Positions 39,709 to 49,011 of a stretch of DNA of 64,000 nucleotides are shown here, piece by piece. The number at the start of each line of letters is the position of its first letter. The stretch's first letter is position 1. The position numbers and the translations under genes were made by a program. The notes under the pieces are model-generated. The model searched no databases. It was not told where the DNA came from and worked only from the letters and a program-made list of their open reading frames with translations. The DNA is from Planctomycetota bacterium (GTDB lineage: Bacteria; Planctomycetota; Brocadiia; JAADGH01), in the NCBI GenBank assembly GCA_040755855.1, contig JBFMAD010000003.1, positions 96,001-160,000 of the forward strand, in the 5' to 3' direction.

Positions 39709-39774
39709 GAAAAATGTACTCAGACATTTTTGTAACTTCGCCACCGGGGGAAAATTGTACTCAGTACATTTTTG
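39709..39774. repeat. Two copies of an AT-rich palindrome, 41-bp period
   Basis: GAAAAATGTACTCAGACATTTTTG (39709-39732) and GAAAATTGTACTCAGTACATTTTTG (39750-39774). Confidence 0.8.
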
Positions 39775-39838
39775 CATTCTGCGACACGGTGCGCTATCTT
39801 CACAAGCGGTGAAGGGGGGGGGACTTAAGCGTATGCGC

Positions 39839-40666
39839 TCACTCGTCCTTCGGCAGGTGGGGGACGATGTAGGCAGGCTGGGGCGACCAACTGTCGCGGC
39901 CCGTCATGTGGATGAGCAACCGGGTGAACTGCTTGCCGCGCTCCTGGAGTTCCACGTCGGCCAGGTCGCGCCCGCGGCTGTCGCGGAGGATGCCGCCGCC
40001 TGTCCCGCCGCCTCCCCCACCGAGCGTGTCGGCATAGGTACCCCCCGTCGGGGCCTCGCCGAGTGCATTGGGCCGACGCGGTCGGTCAATGAGGGACAGC
40101 GTGAACGTGCGGACGTCGAACATCTCGATGGACTGCTCGGCCAGGATCGTCTCGTTGGGTGCGATGAGGAGGGCCTGGTTCTTGAGGACATACCCCGCAT
40201 TGGCGAAATGCCCGATCCAGTTGAGGATGTTGCGGAGCGCCATGTCGCGTGCGGAGAAGGTGATCGTCGCGTCCTCGGGGATGTCGGGGCTGACGATGAT
40301 GTTGAGGCCCGTCTGCGCGCGCACGAACGCGACAGCATCGCGGATGGGCGTCTTGTCGAAATCAACCGACATGCGCTCGTTCAGTTTCGCCTCCATCCGG
40401 GCGAGCCAGTTTCCTGCCGGGGCGGGAGACTTCGCATCGGAGCGCGTTGCTGGCTTTTGGAAATAATCATGCCGCTGGATGCTGCCGACGAGGGAGCGAT
40501 TGATGCTGTGGACCCGGCCGGTTTCGTCCTGGACGCGGACCATATCCCCCTGGATGGTGACCTTACCGGTGAGGCGTTGGCCGTTGGTAAGAATGACTGT
40601 ATCGGCGCGAAGGAGAGGAGAAATCAGCAGCCCCACGAGCAGCAATACTGCTCGGCTGAGTTTCAT
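39839..40666 (-). CDS. Secreted protein with STN/secretin-N0-like domain
   Basis: Signal peptide; DTVILTNG..L.G motif; SVDF..TP..DAV.F....GLNIIV, MALRNILNWI, FDVR. Confidence 0.7.
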   Translation of the reverse strand: MKLSRAVLLLVGLLISPLLRADTVILTNGQRLTGKVTIQGDMVRVQDETGRVHSINRSLVGSIQRHDYFQKPATRSDAKSPAPAGNWLARMEAKLNERMSVDFDKTPIRDAVAFVRAQTGLNIIVSPDIPEDATITFSARDMALRNILNWIGHFANAGYVLKNQALLIAPNETILAEQSIEMFDVRTFTLSLIDRPRRPNALGEAPTGGTYADTLGGGGGGTGGGILRDSRGRDLADVELQERGKQFTRLLIHMTGRDSWSPQPAYIVPHLPKDE

Positions 40667-41514
40667 AGTTTTTTCTCCAGGAGCGTGATAACGTCCTGCT
40701 CGAAGTCCTTATCCATTTCCACCATGCTTGAGCCGAGGAACTGCCCGCCGCCGGTGATGATCATCGCCGAGCGGAATCCGACGCGCTTCTTCCATATGTT
40801 GCCCTGTCGGTCAATGAAGAAGGTGGTGGGCACTCGGGACATGGAGGTATATTCCTTGAAGAGCTTGCCGTTGTCCCACAGGACGGGGTAGTTAAGGTCC
40901 ATCTGCTGGGCAAAGTTGCGCAACGAGGCGCGGCCCTCCCAGTCCATGGCGATGGCGAGGACCTTGAGGCCGTCGTCGGCGTATTTCTCCTGGAGGTCGC
41001 GTAGGTGCTTCATCTCGACGACGCATGGTTCGTAGTTGGTGGTGCAGAACATCAGGATGACGGGACTTCCGCGCAGCTTGGAGAGTTTGACTCGCTTACC
41101 GTCGAGGTCCGCGAGTTCGAAGTCCGGCGCCTTGTTGTCGGGGCCAAGGGTGACTACGACGACATCGCCGACGGCCTTGCCGATGGCGACGCCGGCGTCG
41201 CCGATCACTTTTCCAGCGCCGTCAACGACCTTGCCGCCGCCCTCAATGACGACCTTGCCAGTGCCTTCCAGGACCTTGCCTGCGCCCTCGATCACCTTTC
41301 CCGTGCCATCGGCCAGCGCCTTGCCGGCATCGCCCACGGCCTTGCCAACGTCGTTCATGGGATTGCCTGGGGACGCCTTGGCATCTTTGGGCTTCGCCTT
41401 CTCCTTGGGCGGGGATTTCTGTTGTTGCTCCTCGCAACTGAGAAAGGCAACGGCGACGATCAATGCGGCGATTGCAGAGCGGCAGTGTGTATTCCGGACC
41501 GTGTGTTTTGTCAT
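40663..41514 (-). CDS. TlpA/AhpC-TSA redoxin-family lipoprotein with Gly-rich heptad repeats and atypical active site
   Basis: Lipobox FLSC; APDFEL.DLDG..V.LS.LRG, VPTTFFIDRQG; YEPC in place of CxxC. Confidence 0.82.
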   Translation of the reverse strand: MTKHTVRNTHCRSAIAALIVAVAFLSCEEQQQKSPPKEKAKPKDAKASPGNPMNDVGKAVGDAGKALADGTGKVIEGAGKVLEGTGKVVIEGGGKVVDGAGKVIGDAGVAIGKAVGDVVVVTLGPDNKAPDFELADLDGKRVKLSKLRGSPVILMFCTTNYEPCVVEMKHLRDLQEKYADDGLKVLAIAMDWEGRASLRNFAQQMDLNYPVLWDNGKLFKEYTSMSRVPTTFFIDRQGNIWKKRVGFRSAMIITGGGQFLGSSMVEMDKDFEQDVITLLEKKL

Positions 41515-41577
41515 CCCGTTTCCCTCGCGAAGTCGGACCTCAACTGTCTAACAGTGTATCACGTTGGCATGGCCCCG

Positions 41578-42282
41578 TCAAGACCCTCTTATTTTAACAA
41601 TCTCCTCGACTTCTTTCCACACCATTTTAGCAATCTGCTGCTCGCTCAGCAAACGCCCCTCCGGTGCGCATTCGATCCGGACCCAGTTGTCGTTCTGTTC
41701 GGCGAGTCGGCAGTAGGCCGATTCCGCGTTGCGGAGGTGTTCTATGCTGCTTTCGTGGATGTCACGCTTGACGCCCCTTACGTACTCCCGGTGTCCTTTC
41801 TTGTCCACAAGGGCCTGGGCGATCTCCGGGGCAATATGCAGTAAGATGACTCGGTCCGGTCGGGGGATGCCGAAGACCTCGAACTCGAGGCGGTCGAGCC
41901 ACTGCATGAACCGGGCGCGTTCGTCGGGGTCGGGAATCTTGCCTCCTTGATGGCCCTGGTTGGCGGAGACGTAGCGATTCAGGATGACGTGCTTCCCATC
42001 GGCCAGCCAACTGCGGAGGGTGTCCTTGGCCTGCCACCGGTCGGCGGCGTAGAGGACCGAGGCGAGATAGGGGCTGATTTCGTCGTGGCCGCCGAATTCG
42101 CCGTTGAGGTATCGGGCGACCATGTCACCGAAGAAGGTCTTTCCGTACTGTGGAAATTCCAGGGTTTCGCAGGGGATGCGATACTGCTTCATCCTCTGGA
42201 TGAGAAGCGTTGTTTGCGTAGTCTTGCCGCTGCCGTCGGTTCCGTCAATGACGATCAGTTTGCCGGGGACAATCTGGTTCAC
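41578..42282 (-). CDS. tmk: Thymidylate kinase
   Basis: IVIDGTDGSGKTTQ P-loop, FPQY, LYAADR, NRY..AN, PRPD; GTG 42282 with AAGGA RBS. Confidence 0.9.
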   Translation of the reverse strand: MNQIVPGKLIVIDGTDGSGKTTQTTLLIQRMKQYRIPCETLEFPQYGKTFFGDMVARYLNGEFGGHDEISPYLASVLYAADRWQAKDTLRSWLADGKHVILNRYVSANQGHQGGKIPDPDERARFMQWLDRLEFEVFGIPRPDRVILLHIAPEIAQALVDKKGHREYVRGVKRDIHESSIEHLRNAESAYCRLAEQNDNWVRIECAPEGRLLSEQQIAKMVWKEVEEIVKIRGS

Positions 42283-42477
42283 AAATCGGTCCTTTCGTTG
42301 CGGTGTATTGTGGGAATTATACACTGCCTAAGGATGCACATGCAACTTGCTGCCCCCAGTTTTTTTTCTGACGGGGGGCGGACGAAAGATCGGGTGAAAT
42401 TCGCTTGTCTTGACGGGGCGGACCTGATAGCATTTCCTCTTGGTTCTGGGACAGAGGTCCATTCCGCCTGATTTGCC

Positions 42478-42990
42478 ATGACGATAAAGAAAGACCTGGT
42501 TCAGTTCTGCCGATGCGCGATGGAACGGGGTGCTATTGACACAAAGGTCGTCTCCCCGGCGAAGGTCTTCACGGCGGCGTGGGTGCGGCTGAAGTGCCAG
42601 TACGGTTGCGGGGGGTATGGGCAATGCCTGACTTGCCCCCCTCATTCACCGACACCGTTGGAGACACGCGAGGTCCTGGACTGCTACAAGCAGGCAATCC
42701 TGGTGCGCGGCGACGAAACGACGAACATTCGAGGGATCGTGGCGGATATGGAGAGGGAGATTTTCCTCGCAGGCTACTATAAGGCATTTGCCTACGGGTG
42801 CGGCCCGTGCAGCCTGTGCAGGGAGTGCGACTTCGAGAAGGGATGCCGGCATCCTTACAAGGCTCGTCCCGCCATGGAGGCGGCGGGGATTGACGTCTTC
42901 GCGACGGCTCGGTCGGCGGGCATGCCGATCGATGTGATCTCCGGGGCGGGGCAGTGTCAGAGCCGGTACGGCCTGGTGCTTGTCCGGTAG
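42478..42990 (+). CDS. DUF2284 predicted metal-binding protein
   Basis: KCQYGC..YG....CPP, GPC.LC..C, CRHP..ARPAMEA.GIDV..T. Confidence 0.88.
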   Translation: MTIKKDLVQFCRCAMERGAIDTKVVSPAKVFTAAWVRLKCQYGCGGYGQCLTCPPHSPTPLETREVLDCYKQAILVRGDETTNIRGIVADMEREIFLAGYYKAFAYGCGPCSLCRECDFEKGCRHPYKARPAMEAAGIDVFATARSAGMPIDVISGAGQCQSRYGLVLVR

Positions 42991-43056
42991 CTTGTCAGTC
43001 TGCTGCGCCTTGCTCGCGATGGGCGGGGCGCGGCTTGGGAGAGGAGGAGTGCAAAG

Positions 43057-43938
43057 GTGAAGCTGGTCACATATCGCGCGGAGGGGAAAGAGAGGGTTGG
43101 CGCCCTGGTTGGCGAAGAGATCGTTGCCCTGCCGTATCAGTCCGTGGCGTCTGTGCTCTCCTTGTGGGATGCGCTTCGGCCCGAGGCGATAAAGATCGCC
43201 CAGGATGCATCCACCCCCCGAATCGCCCGGAAGGACGCGACGCTGCTGGCGCCGATCCCCCGGCCGAACAAGCTGCTGTGCTTAGCCGGGAACTACTCGC
43301 AGCATATCCGAGAGGGCGGCGGTTCTGTGCCGGGGAAGGAGAAGATGACGCCGCGTGTGTTTATGAAACCTCCGAGCAACACGGTTATCGGTCCCGGCCA
43401 ACCGGTGATTTTGCCGAAGAATGGGAACCAGATTGACTGGGAGTGCGAGCTCGGCATCGTGATCGGCAGGGCCGCCCGGTTCGTTACGGAGAAGGCCGCC
43501 ATGAGCCATGTGGCCGGATACACGATCGTGAATGACATTTCCGAGCGTGAACTGAAGATTGACGTTGATCGCGAGCCGAGACCGGGCGACGAATGGTTCG
43601 ACTGGCTCAACGGCAAGTGGTTCGACACGTTCGCGCCCATGGGGCCGTGCGTTGCCACGACCGAGGAGGTGCCCGATCCTCACGCGCTCCGGCTGACGCT
43701 CAAGCTCAACGGCGAGGTGAAACAGGATGCCAGCACGGGGCAAATGATCTTTCGCGTCCCTGAAATTGTAGCGTTCATTTCCACGCTCATGACCCTGGAG
43801 CCGGGGGACGTGATCGCCACCGGAACGCCCGCCGGCGTGGGAAACGCCACGGACACATACCTGAAACCGGGCGACGTGATGGAGATGGAGATCGAGAAGA
43901 TCGGCGCCTTCCGCACGCCCGTCAAGGCCATGGCCTGA
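43057..43938 (+). CDS. Fumarylacetoacetate hydrolase family protein
   Basis: GNY..H, F.KP, DWECEL, NDISER, GKWFDTFAP.GP, TL.PGDVI.TGTPAGVG. Confidence 0.94.
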   Translation: MKLVTYRAEGKERVGALVGEEIVALPYQSVASVLSLWDALRPEAIKIAQDASTPRIARKDATLLAPIPRPNKLLCLAGNYSQHIREGGGSVPGKEKMTPRVFMKPPSNTVIGPGQPVILPKNGNQIDWECELGIVIGRAARFVTEKAAMSHVAGYTIVNDISERELKIDVDREPRPGDEWFDWLNGKWFDTFAPMGPCVATTEEVPDPHALRLTLKLNGEVKQDASTGQMIFRVPEIVAFISTLMTLEPGDVIATGTPAGVGNATDTYLKPGDVMEMEIEKIGAFRTPVKAMA

Positions 43939-44537
43939 TGAACACGCTGCTCCTCACGTTCATCAAGCTATTTGTCGCCACCGACGCACTTGGCACACTG
44001 CCCTTCTATATCGCCTTGTCCGAAGGCATGGACAGAGAGGAGAAGCGCAGGGCCATCGGGCTGTCGCTCTTCACGTCGCTGGCGATTGTGGTGGGGTTCA
44101 TCATGGTGGGGCATTGGCTTCTCGATGTGCTTGAGGTGTCGGTCGGCGATTTCAGGGTCGCCGGAGGATTGCTCCTGCTCATCCTGTCCGTGGACATTAT
44201 GAAGCACGACGAGGCGACCAAAGCCAAGACAAGCGACCACATGATCGGTGTGGTCCCCCTGGGCACGCCGCTCATTGCCGGGCCTTGTGTGCTGACGATG
44301 GTCCTCGTCCTAACGCGATCCGTGGGGCCGATCGTCACATTGACGGCCGCCGTGGTGAACATCCTCGTCGCCTGTCTGATCTTCACCTATGCCGGATGGT
44401 TTACGAAGATCCTCGGCGCCACGGCGTCGAAGGCATTTTCGAAGGTCTCCGCCCTCCTTCTTGCCGGGCTGGCCATCACCATGATGCGGCAGGGAGTCCT
44501 CAGCGCCATCGAGCAGGCCCGTGCCGTGTGGGAGTGA
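43938..44537 (+). CDS. MarC family membrane protein
   Basis: LF...D..G..P, F..AGG.LL, VVPLGTPLIAGP. Confidence 0.9.
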   Translation: MNTLLLTFIKLFVATDALGTLPFYIALSEGMDREEKRRAIGLSLFTSLAIVVGFIMVGHWLLDVLEVSVGDFRVAGGLLLLILSVDIMKHDEATKAKTSDHMIGVVPLGTPLIAGPCVLTMVLVLTRSVGPIVTLTAAVVNILVACLIFTYAGWFTKILGATASKAFSKVSALLLAGLAITMMRQGVLSAIEQARAVWE

Positions 44538-44546
44538 TCCGAACGG

Positions 44547-45707
44547 GTGAGTGATCGGCAGAGATATTCCGGCAGGGGAAAAGCCCCCTGGCGACAAAGC
44601 GGCGTCTGGCTCGCCGGCGACACACACGCCCACTACCGGAACGTCGGCGTCGAGAGACTTGCGGCCGAAGCGTCGCCGTTCTGCGATTTCATCGCCATCA
44701 CGAGCCACAGCCACCGCGTGGATTTCTGGAAGGCGCAACATGCGCATGTGGCGGCGGCCCGCAAGACATTCCCCAACCTCCTCATCTTCCACGGTATCGA
44801 GTGGGCCTGCCCGGTAGGAGGCCACGCCACGGTCCTCGTCGAGCCGTCCCGATCCGAGAACACACTCCTGTCGGAACTTTGGCGGAGACATGACCGATGG
44901 TATGCGCCCTCGAGGCCGGATCGAATCGAGGACGCCGTTGCGGCGCTGAGATTCCTCGAAGGACAGTCCCACCGGGCCGCATCCGTTGTGATCCTCAATC
45001 ACCCGTCGTACGGAAGACCCTACACAGCCGATGATATGAGGAGGCTGTATGATGCGGGCGATATGTGTGTGGCCCTCGAAGGGGCGCGAGGCAATCAGAG
45101 TCAGACCTCCGGCAGCGAGATTGACCCGGTCGTGCGCAGGGCGGGCGGGGTGTACGACGCGCTGCTCTCCGAGGGGCGGCGGGTGGGGCTTGTGGCTGCA
45201 AGCGATTTCCACAGCCATGTGACGGACGGAGGGAAGACCTACTGGCCGGGCGAGTTCGCCAGGACGCATGTCTTTTGTCCGGAGCGTTCCTATCGCGGCG
45301 TCATGGCGGGTCTCAGGTCAGCCGCGACGTATTTCGTACATGGCGACATCATCGGCCCATTGCGGTTTACCGTCGGGTGGGAGGAGCGGGAAGCCATGCT
45401 CGGCGAGATCCTTCGCGCACCCCGCGGCGCGGAGGTGAGGATCGCGCTGGATTGCATCGAGCGCACCCCTATCGAGCGCGTCGAGTTCATCTCAAACAAC
45501 GGCTCGCCCTGCGAGTTCCGCGCAGCGAGGCGGACCCGGAGAATGCGCATCGGCCCGTGGAGCCGTTTCGAGCTTCGTCTTCCGAGAGCGCAGCATGATT
45601 TTTTCGTCCGCGCTCGTGGAGTGTCAAGGGGGCAACGCAAGCCCTATCGAGACGAGTCAGGGGACATGTGGTTCTATACAAGCGCTATCCATGTCCATGT
45701 GAGTTGA
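44547..45707 (+). CDS. PHP-domain metallohydrolase
   Basis: WLAGDTHAH, FIAITSH, GIEW....GHA, LNHP, ASDFH. Confidence 0.82.
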   Translation: MSDRQRYSGRGKAPWRQSGVWLAGDTHAHYRNVGVERLAAEASPFCDFIAITSHSHRVDFWKAQHAHVAAARKTFPNLLIFHGIEWACPVGGHATVLVEPSRSENTLLSELWRRHDRWYAPSRPDRIEDAVAALRFLEGQSHRAASVVILNHPSYGRPYTADDMRRLYDAGDMCVALEGARGNQSQTSGSEIDPVVRRAGGVYDALLSEGRRVGLVAASDFHSHVTDGGKTYWPGEFARTHVFCPERSYRGVMAGLRSAATYFVHGDIIGPLRFTVGWEEREAMLGEILRAPRGAEVRIALDCIERTPIERVEFISNNGSPCEFRAARRTRRMRIGPWSRFELRLPRAQHDFFVRARGVSRGQRKPYRDESGDMWFYTSAIHVHVS

Positions 45708-45710
45708 TCC

Positions 45711-47396
45711 ATGTCCAGCGGCCCGATGCACCAATACCAGGTTGACCTTGCGGCGGAACTGGCGGCGCCGGCGGTCGGCGATTTCATCCGCCGCAACATG
45801 AAATACGCGAAGGTAGGGAGCGGCTGGCACGATGCAATGACCTTGCCGGACGGCGGCGCGGATCGGGGACGGGTCGTTGCACACTGGATCAACCGGGGAG
45901 TGCCTTTTGCGCAGGACCTGGCGGAATGGGGGTTCGCCGATGAGAGGCCCTTCGTCAGGAGGCACTTTATCTGCGGTCCCGACTGGTATCTACGCCGCAT
46001 GCAGCAAGCCGCCCAGGAAGGCAACGAACCGAAGGCCGCGGTCATCTGGGGGATATTTCTTCACTCTTGCGAATATCTGACCGCGTCGAAGTGCAGCTCG
46101 ATGATCGTGCACGACCTGCCGGACGACCTGGCCTGGGCCGAGCGCTGGCTGGTCAACGGACATCCCTTTCAGGATGAGTTTGCGTACGAAACGCGCCCGC
46201 GGGAGTTTGACAATACCAGGGTCATCTCGATGCTCCGCGACCGGGTGTGTGTGTCGCCGGGCGGTATGTCGTGCTGCGAGCTGTATGCGGAGATGTTACG
46301 GCGGCGCTACTTCGAGTTTTTTCCCGATGAACTGCAGTGGCTGATTGACTGCGAGGCGGAGAGCGTCGAGAAGATTTACAGCCGCTACGAAGACCTATGC
46401 TACCGAGAACTGGCCGGGACATTGAACCTCGCCCTCGCCGGGCTGAGGGATGTGTTGGCCGATCGTGACGACGACCCACAGGACGCCGACATCCTGTTCC
46501 TTATTCGCGAGGACCTCTGGCGGCGATGTGCGCTCGAAGGCAAGATGCAGACGGCGGGGCGGGTGATCGAGGGGCTGCGGTATATCTCATCCGCGTGCAA
46601 GCTCGGCCTTCCCTTCGCGCTGTGGTCGGGAGAGGGCGCGCCGGACCTCAATCCGTACCATGCCGTGGTTGCGCTTTGCGGCGAACCAATGAGCGATGAG
46701 GACGATTTTCGCCGGGCAATCCGGGGCCATGATCATGTTCTCGTAGTAAACCACAACCTCGATGACGAGAAGGGATTCGAGCCGTTCTTCGCCGGATTAC
46801 GACGGCTTCTCGATCCCAAGCGAGTGCCCGAGGGCGCGCACATGACACGCGCCGAGATCGTCTCCGCCTTCCGCCGCTTGGCGGAGCTGCGGAGTCCTAA
46901 GACGAATCTTGGCGCATCATGGGATCTTGGGGGACGCGACGCTGGGACCGTCATGGATCTTTCAGGGATTCATTCCGAGGACAGGCTCTCCTGTGTCATG
47001 TGGAATGGGAGGAGGCATCCGGCCCCCCATGAGTTCATTCAGATCGAAGCCGAAGCTGGTCGGTGGGCCATCCATGCACCCGCGCATGGGACGCTGCACT
47101 TGCGGAAGCCGGTCGCATTACCTCGGGCGGGGCGAATTCTCTTTCGACTCGCCTTTCATCTGAAGGAGCGCATTGCCGTGGGGATGCGAATCGAGTGCCT
47201 GTCCGACGGCGCGCAGATTGAATTACTGCGGATGCACGTGACGGGCAAGGAATTGCAGCGATATGCGTTTGACCTGACTCGCTTCGCTGGCCAAACGATA
47301 GAACTGCATTTCGCCTGGGACACGGGATACGACTTCGGCTACGAGGACAAGGACATCCTCATCGTCGAGCGTCCGGAGATCATCTGCCTCACGTGA
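45711..47396 (+). CDS. Hypothetical protein; C-terminal beta-sandwich-like region
   Basis: 561-aa ORF packed in the plus-strand operon; C-terminal FDLTRFAGQTIELHF motif. Confidence 0.6.
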   Translation: MSSGPMHQYQVDLAAELAAPAVGDFIRRNMKYAKVGSGWHDAMTLPDGGADRGRVVAHWINRGVPFAQDLAEWGFADERPFVRRHFICGPDWYLRRMQQAAQEGNEPKAAVIWGIFLHSCEYLTASKCSSMIVHDLPDDLAWAERWLVNGHPFQDEFAYETRPREFDNTRVISMLRDRVCVSPGGMSCCELYAEMLRRRYFEFFPDELQWLIDCEAESVEKIYSRYEDLCYRELAGTLNLALAGLRDVLADRDDDPQDADILFLIREDLWRRCALEGKMQTAGRVIEGLRYISSACKLGLPFALWSGEGAPDLNPYHAVVALCGEPMSDEDDFRRAIRGHDHVLVVNHNLDDEKGFEPFFAGLRRLLDPKRVPEGAHMTRAEIVSAFRRLAELRSPKTNLGASWDLGGRDAGTVMDLSGIHSEDRLSCVMWNGRRHPAPHEFIQIEAEAGRWAIHAPAHGTLHLRKPVALPRAGRILFRLAFHLKERIAVGMRIECLSDGAQIELLRMHVTGKELQRYAFDLTRFAGQTIELHFAWDTGYDFGYEDKDILIVERPEIICLT

Positions 47397-48801
47397 GCGG
47401 CAGATGCACGATCCGCTCCTCCCTGGCCGACTGCTGCGCGGCGAGGGAGATCTCCAAGGCCGCCCGCCCATCAATGCCGGTGACGAGCGGCTCCGTGTCG
47501 TTTCGGACGCAGTCCAGGAAGTGCTCCATCTGGTATTGTAGCATGGGGTTGAACCGCTCGGCATAGTGCCCCTGGTCCGTAGTGAACATCAGCTCCTGCC
47601 GAGTGAGGTCGTACGTGATCATGCCCTTCGTCCCCGTCACCTCCAGCTTGAAGTCGGCCTTGGTGGGATGGGTCGTCGGGATGATCCAACCGGTCTCCAG
47701 CGACCCGATCACGCCGTTCTGAAATCGAAGCAGCGTCCAGGTTGTGTCCTCCACGTTGTGGCCGCGCTTCTTGTGCAGGTTCCACACGGCCTCGGCGTGG
47801 ACGCGCTTCACCTCACTGCCCGCGACCCAGCGCATGATGTCGAAGTCGTGCACGCCGAGGAAGGAGAGGACCGAGACGCGCCCCTTCAGGCGCTCCTGGC
47901 TGGTAATGAGGTTCGTCCGGCGGCAGAAGATGGATTCGAGCTCTCCGATTTCTCCGTTGGCCGCCGCCTCCTTCACGCGGGCGTATCGCTTGTCGAAGCG
48001 CAGGACAAACCCGATCATGAGTTTCACGTTGGCTCGTTCGCAAATGCGAATAATCTGATCGGCGTCAGCGAGCGTAGTAGCGATGGGTTTTTCGAGGAGG
48101 ATGGGTTTTCCGGCCGAGGCCGCCGCCGCCACGGGCTGGACATGGGCCTCATCGTTCGTGGCGATGATCACGCAGTCCACATCCTCGCGCTCGGTGAGTT
48201 CCCTCGGGTCCGTATAGGAGTCAACGTCCAACTCGCCGCCCACTCGTTCTGCTGTCTTCTGAAAGACGTCCGCCACGGCCACGAGCCGCGCGCCGGGGAT
48301 GGCGGCGAGCGCTTCGGCGTGTTTTCGCCCCATCCACCCCACGCCGATTATCCCGACCCCCACCTCCGTGCGGGGCGAAGGTGTTCGCTCCTGTTGAGAC
48401 GACCCCGCTTCGGGGGCGGACACCAGGGTCTTACCTGGATCGCCGGCGCCCGCCCGCTCCTCCGGCGAGGCGGCCATCGTTTCGCCGAGAACGGCCTCGC
48501 TGTCCCGGTCCTGTTCCGTTTCGATTTCCACGCGGAAGTCGCGCATCGGCACGACCATGGTTCCCCCCGCCTGCGCCTGGTCCGGCCGTGCGGTGGGTTT
48601 CGCCTTCTCCGACGGTATCTTCTGTCGTCGGAGTTGATCGAGGGAGACGAGGATCGTCTGATCAGCGAGCGGGACGTTGCCCTGCGCGGTTGGCTTCTGG
48701 GTGGACTGTCGGCAGCCAGTACACCATATCTGCCCTCCTGTGATGGTCTCGGCAGATTTGAACTCCTTGCCGCATTTCTCGCATCGGTAAGTGATTTTCA
48801 T
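47389..48801 (-). CDS. Gfo/Idh/MocA oxidoreductase with N-terminal zinc ribbon and disordered linker
   Basis: CEKCGK...CTGC; then VGIIGVGWMG, ILLEKP, GF.LRF, GVHDFD. Confidence 0.9.
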   Translation of the reverse strand: MKITYRCEKCGKEFKSAETITGGQIWCTGCRQSTQKPTAQGNVPLADQTILVSLDQLRRQKIPSEKAKPTARPDQAQAGGTMVVPMRDFRVEIETEQDRDSEAVLGETMAASPEERAGAGDPGKTLVSAPEAGSSQQERTPSPRTEVGVGIIGVGWMGRKHAEALAAIPGARLVAVADVFQKTAERVGGELDVDSYTDPRELTEREDVDCVIIATNDEAHVQPVAAAASAGKPILLEKPIATTLADADQIIRICERANVKLMIGFVLRFDKRYARVKEAAANGEIGELESIFCRRTNLITSQERLKGRVSVLSFLGVHDFDIMRWVAGSEVKRVHAEAVWNLHKKRGHNVEDTTWTLLRFQNGVIGSLETGWIIPTTHPTKADFKLEVTGTKGMITYDLTRQELMFTTDQGHYAERFNPMLQYQMEHFLDCVRNDTEPLVTGIDGRAALEISLAAQQSAREERIVHLPLT

Positions 48802-49011
48802 GGGGGCGGTCCTCGAGGAACTCAGTTAGATGGGTTGTCCACCCGTCGAGTATAGGCCCTGATCGCTGTAAATCAAGCCTTTTTCTTGTCGGCGGATATG
48901 TGGATATTTTTGCCGTTGAAACTTGCCCTTGCCACTGATAGAGTACCTGCCGATCTGGATGCGGCAAGTGGAAAAGAGAGACCTCTTGAAGCTTAGACAA
49001 GGAGTTTCGTA

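Noticed and set aside
39709..39774. Mini CRISPR array
   Set aside because: Only two imperfect repeats, a 17-nt spacer and no cas genes
39566..40891. 441-aa plus-strand ORF spanning the orphan promoter
   Set aside because: Mostly antisense to the STN-like and TlpA genes; its candidate starts lie upstream of or within the promoter, with no RBS or recognisable domain
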